Shown here in pieces: positions 18,173-27,691 of a DNA stretch of 64,000 bases. The first letter of the stretch is position 1. Every line of letters starts with the position of its first letter. The stretch lies in contig OY760505.1 in the NCBI GenBank assembly GCA_963663545.1, positions 3,392,001 to 3,456,000 on the forward strand, written 5' to 3'. The notes below the pieces were generated by a model, which was not told the origin of the DNA, did not search any database, and was given only the letters and a program-made list of their open reading frames with translations. Source of the stretch: Candidatus Delongbacteria bacterium (lineage in GTDB: Bacteria; CAIWAD01). Position numbers and translations under genes: made by a program.

Positions 18173-18850
18173 ATGAGCCGCAGAAAATTCACTCTACAGG
18201 AAACCCTCTCCCTGGGCTATCTGCTGCTGATTCTGCTGGGGCTGATCAGCGATGTGATCTACTACAAGATTCTGGGCGTGGACATCCTGGGCTACGTGGA
18301 TCTGCTGGATGTGCTGCTCTCGCCCGTCAGCATCGTCACCGAGGATCTGGCAACGGCCATCGCTTTCACCGCCGTGATTGGCGGCTGTTACTTCTTCGTC
18401 GCAGTCATCGGCATGCGTCTTCATCGCCGTTTTCGTGATCGTCGCTGGTACCAGCGCTTGAACAACATGGAGAAAGCGGACAAGCTCTACGACGAGAATG
18501 ACCCCAGCGAGCGTCGAATGCTGGTGGTCTTCATGGTGGTTTCCATGTTCCTGGGCTTCGGCAGCGCGCGCGGTGTGTTCACTAAGCAGGACCTTCGCGA
18601 TCAGCCCTTCAGCGCTACACACATCCTGAGCTTCAGCAGCGGAGAAGAACTACCCGTGCACCTGGTGGGGCAGAACAGCGCCTACCTCTTCTACTTGCCT
18701 GAAGGGCAGCAGGTGGTTTCCATTGCGCCCATCGCACAGAATGTTCGCGAGATTCGCAAGGTGGTCAAGGAGGAAGAATCCCAGTCGAGTCTGGAGTTTG
18801 CGCCAGATCCGGCTGAAGAGGAAGTGTCCCAAGAAAGGCCAACAGGATAA
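18173..18850 (+). CDS. Hypothetical membrane protein (about 3 TM)
   Basis: RBS GAGG then ATG 18173; LSLGYLLLI..G..YY..LG.DIL.Y...DVLLSP; the longer upstream ORF extension looks spurious. Confidence 0.75.
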   Translation: MSRRKFTLQETLSLGYLLLILLGLISDVIYYKILGVDILGYVDLLDVLLSPVSIVTEDLATAIAFTAVIGGCYFFVAVIGMRLHRRFRDRRWYQRLNNMEKADKLYDENDPSERRMLVVFMVVSMFLGFGSARGVFTKQDLRDQPFSATHILSFSSGEELPVHLVGQNSAYLFYLPEGQQVVSIAPIAQNVREIRKVVKEEESQSSLEFAPDPAEEEVSQERPTG

Positions 18851-18975
18851 ATTGCACCCTGACTACAGAGTTTACCCCCGAGGTTCGTAACAGGATGTGC
18901 TGCAGCGCCCTTTCATCTCAGTGTAAATGGTGTGGCGTTGCTAGTGCTCGGGCTTCTGTTTCGTGTACTAAGAAA

Positions 18976-19062
18976 GAGCGGACCTTCGTCCGCTCCTGAG
19001 TATCGTAGAATGCTGTCCGATTTCGACTCCGATATCGATAGCAATCCTGCCGCTTGCGGCAG
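18976..19062 (-). repeat. Hairpin and 6-bp tract repeat related to 8068-8205; may also act as terminator of the peptidase operon
   Basis: Reverse complement AGGAGCGGACGAAGGTCCGCTC matches 8182-8203; CTGCCGC TT GCGGCAG hairpin; ATCG-periodic tract. Confidence 0.55.
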
Positions 19063-19085
19063 GCACCAATACCGATGAAGAGGGA

Positions 19086-21293
19086 TTAGTTCATTGCGCC
19101 GATCCGGACGCGCAGGGGATTGGAACCCGCTGGCAGCCGATCTTTGTGGGTGTTCGTTCCTTCGTTGTCGAAAACCAGCACGCCGTACTTGCCGTAATGC
19201 GGCACTTTGCGCGCCATGTAACCCAGGTTGTCCGGCGTGCTGACGAAGAAGAGCAGTGCGCCCGTTTCCTCGTTGGCCTTAGCCTTTAGCGCCAACACCA
19301 GATTGTCCTGCTGCCAGTTTCCTTCAATGCCAGCCACACTGAAACCCTCTTCACTGCGGCGGAAGGGTAGAAACTCTGTGCCTGCGGGCAGCTCGGGCGG
19401 ATTGACACAGATCAGGCTGCGGGAGGCCAGTGCCTCTTTGGTGTCCACTTGAGACCAGCCGCGAATCTGCAGCTCCTCGGCATCGGTGAGACGCGAGGCG
19501 AAAGCTCGCAGGTGTTCCATGTGGCCTGTATCACGCAACCAGGCATCGGGAACCACCAGCAGCGGAGTTTCGTCGGCCAGACACAGACTGATGCTGGCTT
19601 CGATTTCACCCGCGTCCAGGCGGCGGAAGATGTCGTTGTCGGGATCAAGCAGCAGCTCGCGTGGCTCCGGTACTTCCAGAGCGAAATCCAGCACTGAGTC
19701 CTGCATCAACAGATTGCGCTCAATGACGTCGCCGTTGTGACACACGACGCGTAGCGGAAGATCCAGCTCCCAGACAAAGCCGTCACTAAGGGAAGTGTCC
19801 TGCGTGATACGGCCATGAACGCGCTGAACGCCGTCTTCGTCGGTGCGCCAATCCACATCGCTCAGTTCAAGACTGGGCGCTCCGCTGTGATACAGCCACT
19901 GTTCCTTGAAACGGCTTAGGTCGACTCCGCCCTCTTCCTCGAAGAGCTGAAAGAGCGTAGAGAAGTTTACACGCTCACCCAGATGCTCGGCGGCCAGACG
20001 GCGCAAGGCCTGGTCAAAGGCTTCCTGACCAATGACGCGGCACACCATGTGAAAGACCATCATCGACTTGCCATAGCCAATGGCGCGGCTGGCTCCGTCG
20101 TGCCGGGCGCGGAAGTCCACCAGCGGCTCATCACTGCCTTCGCGTACCTGGCTGCGCCAGCTTTGCAGCAGATCGCGACGATAGGCCTGAGCCTCTTCAG
20201 GACCTTCTTCCAGCTTGTAATAGTAGTCGGCGCCGTAGACGGTAATTCCTTCGCACCAGTTGCCCTCGCTGTCATCGACCATCACGCCGTTGCCCCACCA
20301 GTTGTGCAGCCACTCGTGTCCCAGGCTGGTGTAGGGGATGTAGGGCATTCGTATCACCTGGCTGCCCAGCGCGGTCCACGAAGGCATGCCGTAGCCAGCG
20401 GGGAAGAAGGCTTCCACGACGGCGAACTTGCTGAAGGGGTAGGCGCCAAAGCGCTCGCTGTACAGCTCCAGATAGCGGCGATTCATGCGCTGGTAGGTCG
20501 AAAGAATCTGCTCGCGGTTGACAGGACCGAAGGGCCCCATGCTTTGCGCCTCGTCCCACCCTTCGCGCAGCAGCCAGAGGCTAAGATCGACGCCATTGAC
20601 GGTCTCGCGTGTCACATCGTACGGACCGGCCAGCACACTGGCGTTTTCAGCAGGCAGTTCCCCTTGCCAGCTCACATGATGACGTCCGTGTGTCACCACA
20701 TCGCGCACCAGGCGTCCCTGCGATATGCCCTCCCAGTCGGCGGGGAGATCGAGGTGAATGCGAAAGGTGCTGAGCAGGTCGCTGCGAAAACCGGGATACC
20801 AACCGGCTCCTGCGGATAGCCAGGCGCCGCCTGCGGCGACGGTTGCCTGCAACTCCGCGGCGACGGTTTCATGGCCGAAGCGTACCTCGTCCAGGTCCTG
20901 ATAAAGATCGCCCTCGTATTGGATCACCAGTAGACCGGAACCGGGTTCGGTTGCCCTGGGCAGAAACCATGTATCACAAGCGGCTGGATTGTCGCTTTCG
21001 TCGGTACGCACACGCACCAGTTTTGTGGCCTTGATGGGCTTGCCGTTCAGCACCACGTTTGTCAGATCCAGTTGGTGATTCAATTCGAAGAAGCCCAGGC
21101 TGCCGGTGAAGCTGAGACTGTCGACGAAGCTGGCGCGGTGTTGCTCCGGATCAAGCGTGATACTCAGCGCGTGCTCTTCGAGGGAAACAACCTGTGGACA
21201 TCCGGGGCCGGGAATCTGGCAGAGCATGCTTCCGCCGCTGCAACCAAGCAGAACAAGACCCGCTGTCAGACTGAGTCCGATTGTGTATTTCAT
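19086..21293 (-). CDS. M1 family zinc aminopeptidase, lipoprotein
   Basis: HEWLHNWWGN-x-WCEG (HExxH...E), YPFSKFAVVE, GYGMP and Y.K..MVFHM motifs; lipobox LLGC. Confidence 0.9.
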   Translation of the reverse strand: MKYTIGLSLTAGLVLLGCSGGSMLCQIPGPGCPQVVSLEEHALSITLDPEQHRASFVDSLSFTGSLGFFELNHQLDLTNVVLNGKPIKATKLVRVRTDESDNPAACDTWFLPRATEPGSGLLVIQYEGDLYQDLDEVRFGHETVAAELQATVAAGGAWLSAGAGWYPGFRSDLLSTFRIHLDLPADWEGISQGRLVRDVVTHGRHHVSWQGELPAENASVLAGPYDVTRETVNGVDLSLWLLREGWDEAQSMGPFGPVNREQILSTYQRMNRRYLELYSERFGAYPFSKFAVVEAFFPAGYGMPSWTALGSQVIRMPYIPYTSLGHEWLHNWWGNGVMVDDSEGNWCEGITVYGADYYYKLEEGPEEAQAYRRDLLQSWRSQVREGSDEPLVDFRARHDGASRAIGYGKSMMVFHMVCRVIGQEAFDQALRRLAAEHLGERVNFSTLFQLFEEEGGVDLSRFKEQWLYHSGAPSLELSDVDWRTDEDGVQRVHGRITQDTSLSDGFVWELDLPLRVVCHNGDVIERNLLMQDSVLDFALEVPEPRELLLDPDNDIFRRLDAGEIEASISLCLADETPLLVVPDAWLRDTGHMEHLRAFASRLTDAEELQIRGWSQVDTKEALASRSLICVNPPELPAGTEFLPFRRSEEGFSVAGIEGNWQQDNLVLALKAKANEETGALLFFVSTPDNLGYMARKVPHYGKYGVLVFDNEGTNTHKDRLPAGSNPLRVRIGAMN

Positions 21294-21300
21294 GATGCAC

Positions 21301-23925
21301 CTAATAGATGAGTACGGTTTGCCAGTTCACACTGCCAAGATAACGCTTTGCCAGTTCCTGTACTTCAGCCTGTGACACTTCCTGAAGTGCAGCCAGTTCC
21401 GTCGCGTGTCCGCCTGGTTCGTGAGCCAGTTCATCCAAGGCCAGGTAGCGCGCGCGGTTGATGCTGGTCAGCCGGCGCATGCGATCGCCACCCAGAATGC
21501 GCAGGCGAGCCAGGTTCAGCTCTTCGGCCGTGACACCCTCGCGGCGCAGCTGCTTCAGCTCGTTCTGAATCAACTCGCGGGCCTCGTCCAGATTCTGCGC
21601 GCGGCTGTCCATCCAGATCCAGAAGGCCTCGCGCTCGTTATTCAAGGCGCTGGCGGCAGCACCGACACTGTAGGCCAGGCCACGTTCTTCACGCAAATGC
21701 GTTGCCAAGCGCGACGAGAGCACGGCGCCCAGCAGCCGCAAGCCAGCCTGCTCGTCCTTGCGGACCTCGATAATGCTGCCCATACGCAGCGCGCCCTGTG
21801 AGGCGGAAAGCGTGTCACACAGCACAGTGGTTTCCGTGCAGAGTGCAGGCATGAAGGCGCCGCTTTTCAGCGTGCCCTCATCGTTGAGGAATGTAGTGCG
21901 CCAGGATAGTGTCTCACACCAGGCCAGATCCTGCGACGACGGATCACGGGCCGGGATGGCTTCGCTCCAGAACCGGCGCAGACTGTCAGCAGACACAGGA
22001 CCGCAAGCGGCCAGAATCAGGTTGTCCGGGCGTGTCACAATCGACTGCAGCTGCACCAGGCTACTACTGTCCACAGCGGCCAGCGTACGCATTGTGCCAC
22101 CCGCTTGCAGCTCAAGGGGGGTGTCGGCAAAAAGCAGGTGGTTCAGCTTTTCATCCGCCAGCTCGCCGGCCTGAGACGCATTGCGCCGCAGGGCCATTAG
22201 CAGCGGACGAGTGGCCGCCGCTACAGCATCGCTTGTGATACGTGGTGAAAGCAGCATTTCCTGCAGCAACTCGCAACCGGCACGCCAGTTGGCGGGTGGC
22301 AGCTCCATACGCAGAAAAACGTGGCCATTGCTGGTCTGGTAGTCGTCAAAGGGAATCCAGGGATTATCGTACAGCGTGAAGCTGGCTCCCAGCTCGCGAA
22401 TGCGTGCTTCCAACGTCGTCTCGTCGTGATCCAACGTGGCCGTAGCTCGCAGGTGTTGCAGTACTTCAAGTGCGCCTGCTAGTTGCGGCCCTTCCCAGAC
22501 GCTGCGTCCACGCAACACTACTTGCATGGCAAAGAGCTCGCTGCGTCCCAGGCTGTCCACGACTAGTGTGACACCGTTTTCCAGCTCTCCGCGCCAGAAC
22601 TCTTGCCGGTTGGCAGCTGCGGCATCTTGGGGCGGAGTCAGCAGCATGCTCATCGGCTCGTGGCATAAATAGTCGCTTGCACACAATCGTAGATCAGCGG
22701 GCGAAAGCTCGGCCAGCATCGAAGGCATGCTCAGGGCCCAATCGAAGCTGCGCGTACTAAAAGCGTCTGCATACATCATAGAGAAGAAGTGGGGTCGTTC
22801 GCGGTGCCGGGCCATTTCGGTGCGCGCTTCCAGCGCCAAGGCCGCCAACTCTTCCTGAGTGAATTCGGCAGAACCAAGTGCTGCAGCCGCTTGCCAGAGG
22901 GCCTGTCGTGCATTCTTGGCTGATAGCTCGCCCCTTAGCTGCGCCTTCACTTCAAAGGTTGCGGCAGCGGGTGTATCACTGTAGCTGAATTCAACACGTT
23001 CAAATGCGCCGGGCCAGTCGCGATCAAGCGTTGCCTCAAGCACATTCGCGCCGAGCTCACTCAGGGCTTGAGCCGCCAGTGTCCCTTCTTCGTCCAGTGC
23101 TGGCGCGGGCCAGGCGAGGCGCAGACTTTCGCTGACTCCCGCCACTTGTCGCTGCAGGAAACCCGGCTGCAGCGCAATGGGCACACGCTGGTGTGCTGGC
23201 ATGTCGACGCCCGGTAGGGTGCCGAAGTACTCGTTCAGCAGCTCGCGCGCTTCCCCTGCCTCAAAATTGCCCACGACTTCCATCACCGTGTTGGCGGGTG
23301 AATACCAGTGCTTGTACCAGTTAAAGATTGTATCACGATCCAAGCTGGAGATGTTGGCGACGCTCCCAAGGGCAGGTCCGGCGGCACTGCTGCCGTGAAC
23401 CAGCTCTGCCTGCCACGCGGCCTCGGCGGGATCCTCCCGGCTCTGATCTCCGGCGAGTTCTTCCAGAATAATGCCGCGCTCAATCTCGACGCGCTCGGCG
23501 GGCATGGTGGAGTGAAAGAGCATTTCGCTTTGCACTTCCATGGCCAGACGCAGGTCTTCGGCGGGCATCAGCACCATGAAGTTCGTGTAGGTCGCAGCGG
23601 TGTTGGCGTTGTTGTAGCCACCGCGGGAATCCACCAGGTCGTACAGTTCCTGCTGACTGTAGCGCTCACTGCCGCCAAAGAGCAGGTGTTCCAGCATGTG
23701 ACTCACGCCTTTGCGGGACCACTCCTCATCGTTGGTGCCCACACCCACTTGCGCACAGCAAGCGACAACCGGAGAGGCCGGGTCAGGCAGCAGCAATACG
23801 CGCAGACCGTTATCCAGCGTCAGTATTTCAGCACCGGCAGGTAGTGTGCTCAAAGGTGTGTTTGCCATGGCCAGGCTAAATGCTCCCAGCAGTAGCGGGA
23901 GATAAAGTGAGGACGAGGTTCTCAT
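21301..23925 (-). CDS. M16 family (pitrilysin-like) zinc peptidase, exported
   Basis: TLDNGL.V, G.SHMLEH (HxxEH), NANT, E...ILEE and LREERGLAY motifs; signal peptide. Confidence 0.9.
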   Translation of the reverse strand: MRTSSSLYLPLLLGAFSLAMANTPLSTLPAGAEILTLDNGLRVLLLPDPASPVVACCAQVGVGTNDEEWSRKGVSHMLEHLLFGGSERYSQQELYDLVDSRGGYNNANTAATYTNFMVLMPAEDLRLAMEVQSEMLFHSTMPAERVEIERGIILEELAGDQSREDPAEAAWQAELVHGSSAAGPALGSVANISSLDRDTIFNWYKHWYSPANTVMEVVGNFEAGEARELLNEYFGTLPGVDMPAHQRVPIALQPGFLQRQVAGVSESLRLAWPAPALDEEGTLAAQALSELGANVLEATLDRDWPGAFERVEFSYSDTPAAATFEVKAQLRGELSAKNARQALWQAAAALGSAEFTQEELAALALEARTEMARHRERPHFFSMMYADAFSTRSFDWALSMPSMLAELSPADLRLCASDYLCHEPMSMLLTPPQDAAAANRQEFWRGELENGVTLVVDSLGRSELFAMQVVLRGRSVWEGPQLAGALEVLQHLRATATLDHDETTLEARIRELGASFTLYDNPWIPFDDYQTSNGHVFLRMELPPANWRAGCELLQEMLLSPRITSDAVAAATRPLLMALRRNASQAGELADEKLNHLLFADTPLELQAGGTMRTLAAVDSSSLVQLQSIVTRPDNLILAACGPVSADSLRRFWSEAIPARDPSSQDLAWCETLSWRTTFLNDEGTLKSGAFMPALCTETTVLCDTLSASQGALRMGSIIEVRKDEQAGLRLLGAVLSSRLATHLREERGLAYSVGAAASALNNEREAFWIWMDSRAQNLDEARELIQNELKQLRREGVTAEELNLARLRILGGDRMRRLTSINRARYLALDELAHEPGGHATELAALQEVSQAEVQELAKRYLGSVNWQTVLIY

Positions 23926-24557
23926 TGAGGGGCCTTCCATTCGGGACTAAGGGAGAAGAACGATACTAATTCGTGCGAGGGAGCGCTGCCATGGACGTGA
24001 TACAGAGCGTGCATTCCGGTGGCGCGTGCCGCTTGCACATTATCCTCGTTGTCATCTACGAAATGCACTGTATCGGAGGGTTCTGCTAGGGCCGCCAGCG
24101 CGCGAGTGTAACACGCAATATCAGGTTTCATGGCGCCCAATTCACAAGAGGCAAGCCAGTGCCGAAGAGACGCAAGCTCAGTGAAGGAGCGCTTCATGTG
24201 ATCCAGATGCCAGGGATCAGTGTTCGAGAGGCAGGCGAGTGTCCAACCGTCATCATCCAACACCGATAACAGCTCCGCCATCGGACGATTGACACCGCCG
24301 AGCAGTGAGCACCAGGCGGCTCTTAGCCGCTCCACTTCCGTGTTTCGGGGCTTCAGTGTGTCACGCAGCCAAGAGTAGAACGCGTCTATGCCAAGTCTTC
24401 CAGAATTCCAGTCAAGCACTTCCCGGGAGGCTGCCAGCTTGCTTCGCAGCGTATCACGGGGCACACCTAGTGACTCCCAGGCCAGCGCGAATGCCTCGTG
24501 ATCTAAATGCACAAGCACACCGCCAAGATCAAAGAGTGCGACACGGTCAGCGGGCAT
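23922..24557 (-). CDS. HAD family phosphatase
   Basis: LFDLGGV, LSNT, KP and FVDD...NV..A...G motifs. Confidence 0.9.
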   Translation of the reverse strand: MPADRVALFDLGGVLVHLDHEAFALAWESLGVPRDTLRSKLAASREVLDWNSGRLGIDAFYSWLRDTLKPRNTEVERLRAAWCSLLGGVNRPMAELLSVLDDDGWTLACLSNTDPWHLDHMKRSFTELASLRHWLASCELGAMKPDIACYTRALAALAEPSDTVHFVDDNEDNVQAARATGMHALYHVHGSAPSHELVSFFSLSPEWKAPQ

Positions 24558-26133
24558 TGTCTGGCTCCGCCTGTGTGCGCGCCGTCAGTGTCCAGGCCAG
24601 GAAGAGGGCTTCGACCCCCAGGAAGATTCCCAGCTTGAGCGGAACCGTGGACGCATCGCCCTGTGCGTAACTGTGCAATCCGCTCAGATAGTAGTTGACA
24701 CCGAAGTAGGTCATCAGCACCACCAGCAGGCCCAGAATGGAAGCCACCGCACTGCCGCGCTGTTTGAGCCAGCCCGTGAGACGACCGTGGAGCAGGGCCA
24801 GATAGAAGAAGAAAGTGATCAGGCTCCAGGTTTCCTTCGGGTCCCAGCCCCAGTAGCGGCCCCAGGCCACGTTGGCCCAGACCGAGCCCAGAATGATGCC
24901 CAGCGCCAAGGTCAAGGTGCCCAACTGCAAACAGCGGTAGGTTAGTTGGTCAATGAGTTTGCGGTCGGCGTGTGATGCACCGCGGCGGTTCATCCACAAC
25001 CAGACGTGGCCCAACGCCGCGGCCACCAGAAAGGCGCCATAGCTGAAGGTGACTACCGTAACGTGCAGCGTCAGCCAGTAACTGCGTAACACGGGCACCA
25101 GCGGATTGATGCTGATGTCGATGGTGCTATCCAGCGCGTAACTCAGAGTCAGTGCTCCCAGCAGCCCGGCCAGCAGTAGCAGGAAGTCCTTGTGAGTGAG
25201 GTGATTGAACAGCAACAGCAGGATCTGCAGCGACCAGATAACGAAGGCCAGCGATTCGAACAGATTGGATACCGGAGCGCGTCCTGTGATCAGCGTGATA
25301 CAAGCCAGTCCAGTTGTCAGCAGCAGCAGACCTAGCCATTGCAGCAAATACGTACTCTTGCGCAACAAAACAGCAGGCTTCGCCAGCAAGGCCAAACTCA
25401 GCAGTGATACAAGGATGTAGACGATCCAGGCCTTGTGAAAGGGCTGCAGTCGATTGTAGAAGAGCTCGGTAGAAAGCTGGCGCTCACTGGGTATGGTGCC
25501 TTGACCGCGTGATACAGCCACTTGGCGAATGCTTGCCAGTGCTTGGTCAAAGGCCGTCTGATTCTCACTGTGGCCAGCCGTCAGCAGCTGCTCCCAGCTA
25601 GCCGAAGTCGCAGGTGAGTCCGCCGGATTTGTCCAGGCACCCTGTCGGTGGCCTGTGTCCGGCACTAGCGGCCAGTCGCCCGAAAGGAGCTCTTCGAAGC
25701 GCATCATGCGACTCAGCAGTTCCTGACCGGTTCGAGTGAGGCGCGCTGGCGCGTGTCCGCTGTCCAGGCGATGCCAAAGCTCCCGCAAACCGCTTCCGCT
25801 GAGCTGGTGATAGCTGTAGCGTTTGCCCTCTCGCGGTACTCCCAGCATGTCTTTGAGCTGCGGATCATCCAGCCGGATCATCGGTACATCGGACCAGTAA
25901 TCCGGGTGCAGCGCGATCTGCAGTGCGAGGTCGCTGGCCTGGTAACGTTGTCCGTCAACACGCGGATGCGAGCGGCCGTAAATGGCGCGCGCGCTCTCCC
26001 AGGCCCAGGTGTCAAATGGCTTGACGCGACCATTGTCCAGCACGGGCATTTTGGCCAGCTCGCTGGAGTCCAGTGCAATGGCCCAGCCGGGAAGAAGACA
26101 GAAGAACAGAAGTAGGGTGGCGAAGGCTCTCAT
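24547..26133 (-). CDS. ccsA: System II cytochrome c biogenesis protein CcsA/ResC with an N-terminal periplasmic extension
   Basis: WANVAWGRYWGWDPKETW (WWD motif), LVPVLRSYWL..H, GLHSYA and N-terminal GRVKPFDT. Confidence 0.92.
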   Translation of the reverse strand: MRAFATLLLFFCLLPGWAIALDSSELAKMPVLDNGRVKPFDTWAWESARAIYGRSHPRVDGQRYQASDLALQIALHPDYWSDVPMIRLDDPQLKDMLGVPREGKRYSYHQLSGSGLRELWHRLDSGHAPARLTRTGQELLSRMMRFEELLSGDWPLVPDTGHRQGAWTNPADSPATSASWEQLLTAGHSENQTAFDQALASIRQVAVSRGQGTIPSERQLSTELFYNRLQPFHKAWIVYILVSLLSLALLAKPAVLLRKSTYLLQWLGLLLLTTGLACITLITGRAPVSNLFESLAFVIWSLQILLLLFNHLTHKDFLLLLAGLLGALTLSYALDSTIDISINPLVPVLRSYWLTLHVTVVTFSYGAFLVAAALGHVWLWMNRRGASHADRKLIDQLTYRCLQLGTLTLALGIILGSVWANVAWGRYWGWDPKETWSLITFFFYLALLHGRLTGWLKQRGSAVASILGLLVVLMTYFGVNYYLSGLHSYAQGDASTVPLKLGIFLGVEALFLAWTLTARTQAEPDNAR

Positions 26134-26350
26134 TCTCGATCCTGTTGTTAGTAGCAAATAATGTAGGGATCGCGAGGGTCGTCATCCAGTGTACTGATTT
26201 CATCAATCATCAGCGCTATAACGCAGTTCGTTTCCCCTGCATGAAGATTGCACTGTCCTCGTATCTGCAGTGGTTTCTCTTTGCATAACGATGAAATGTC
26301 AACAACTTGACAAGCGTCACTCACCCACGGAATCGGATCGGGAGAATTCT

Positions 26351-27691
26351 ATGAAGAGCAAACCTGCGGCTTATGTCGCATTGGCGCTACTGCTGCCACT
26401 CGTCGTGTACGCTGCCACCGAGACGAGTGCGCTGGCCGGGCGCTGCATGACCTGTCACAAGGAGACGACCCCCGGGCTCTACAAACAATGGTTCCAGTCG
26501 GCGCACGCTCTGCACGGTGTCACGTGTTACGATTGCCATCAGGCCGCACGTAGCGACGCGGATGCCTTTGAGCATGAGGGCGCGCATATCGCCACGCTGG
26601 TAACTCCCGGCGATTGCGGCCGCTGTCACACCGAGCAAGCGGAGCAGTTTACAGCTTCGTATCACGCCACAGCCGGGCAGATCCTGCACAGCAATGATGC
26701 TTATCTGGCCCATGCTGTCGGAGGCGATCCGGCTGCTGTCGCCGGTTGTGCTTCGTGTCACGGCGGTGTGATCAAGACCACGACGGATTCGCCAAACCAT
26801 CTGGCGGCAGGAAGCTGGCCCAACTCGGGCATTGGTCGTATCAACCCGGATGGCACACAGGGAGCCTGTACCGCATGTCACACACGCCATGTGTTCTCGC
26901 TGAAACAGGTGCGCCAACCCGAGACTTGCGGCAAGTGCCACCTGGGGCCGGACCATCCGCAAAAGGAGATCTATGAGGAGAGCAAGCACGGCATTGCCTA
27001 CTACACCAATGTGGAAGAGATGAATCTGGCTTCTCCCGAATGGCGCGTCGGCGTTGATTATCACGCAGCACCGACCTGTGCGACCTGCCATGTATCACCG
27101 ACACGCGGTCAAGCGCTGAGCCACGATATCGGCACACGCATCTCCTGGACCCTGCGCCCGATCGTATCCAAGCACACGGAGAACTGGGAGCAGAAGCGCG
27201 GCGACATGCAGGAGGTTTGTAGCGCGTGTCACAGCGCGGTCTTTGTGCAGGGGCACTACAACCAGTTTGACGGCCTGGTCAACCTCTACAACTACAAGTT
27301 TGCCGGACCTGCCAAGGCGATCATGGACATTCTGAAGAAGAACAATTCCATGCCCAGCCCGGCCGCTTTCAGCAACAAGCTGGAGTGGACCTTCTGGGAG
27401 CTCTGGCATCACGAGGGACGCCGTGCGCGTCACGGTGCTGCAATGATGGGGCCGGATTACACCTGGTGGCACGGCATCTACGACGTGGGCCAACACTTCT
27501 ACTTCAAGTTCCTGCCTGAGGTGCGCGAGCTGGGTGATACAGAGGCCAATGCCTACATCGACCAGCTGCTGCAGGATCCCATGCACCAGTGGATGAGCAG
27601 ACCAACGGCGCAGATCAAGGAGGACATTCGCAGCGGGCGCATGCAGGAGCTGTACCAGTCCTTCTACCAGCCCGTGATGGGCCGGAAATGA
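26351..27691 (+). CDS. Octaheme cytochrome c, hydroxylamine oxidoreductase (HAO)-like
   Basis: Eight CxxCH motifs (CMTCH, CYDCH, CGRCH, CASCH, CTACH, CGKCH, CATCH, CSACH); CHLGPDHPQ.EIYEESKHG, APTCATCH and WHHEGRR motifs; signal peptide. Confidence 0.92.
   Translation: MKSKPAAYVALALLLPLVVYAATETSALAGRCMTCHKETTPGLYKQWFQSAHALHGVTCYDCHQAARSDADAFEHEGAHIATLVTPGDCGRCHTEQAEQFTASYHATAGQILHSNDAYLAHAVGGDPAAVAGCASCHGGVIKTTTDSPNHLAAGSWPNSGIGRINPDGTQGACTACHTRHVFSLKQVRQPETCGKCHLGPDHPQKEIYEESKHGIAYYTNVEEMNLASPEWRVGVDYHAAPTCATCHVSPTRGQALSHDIGTRISWTLRPIVSKHTENWEQKRGDMQEVCSACHSAVFVQGHYNQFDGLVNLYNYKFAGPAKAIMDILKKNNSMPSPAAFSNKLEWTFWELWHHEGRRARHGAAMMGPDYTWWHGIYDVGQHFYFKFLPEVRELGDTEANAYIDQLLQDPMHQWMSRPTAQIKEDIRSGRMQELYQSFYQPVMGRK

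Noticed and set aside
26194..26206. FNR-like CTGAT...ATCAA near the hao-like gene
   Set aside because: The spacer is 3 bp rather than 4 and one arm is imperfect.
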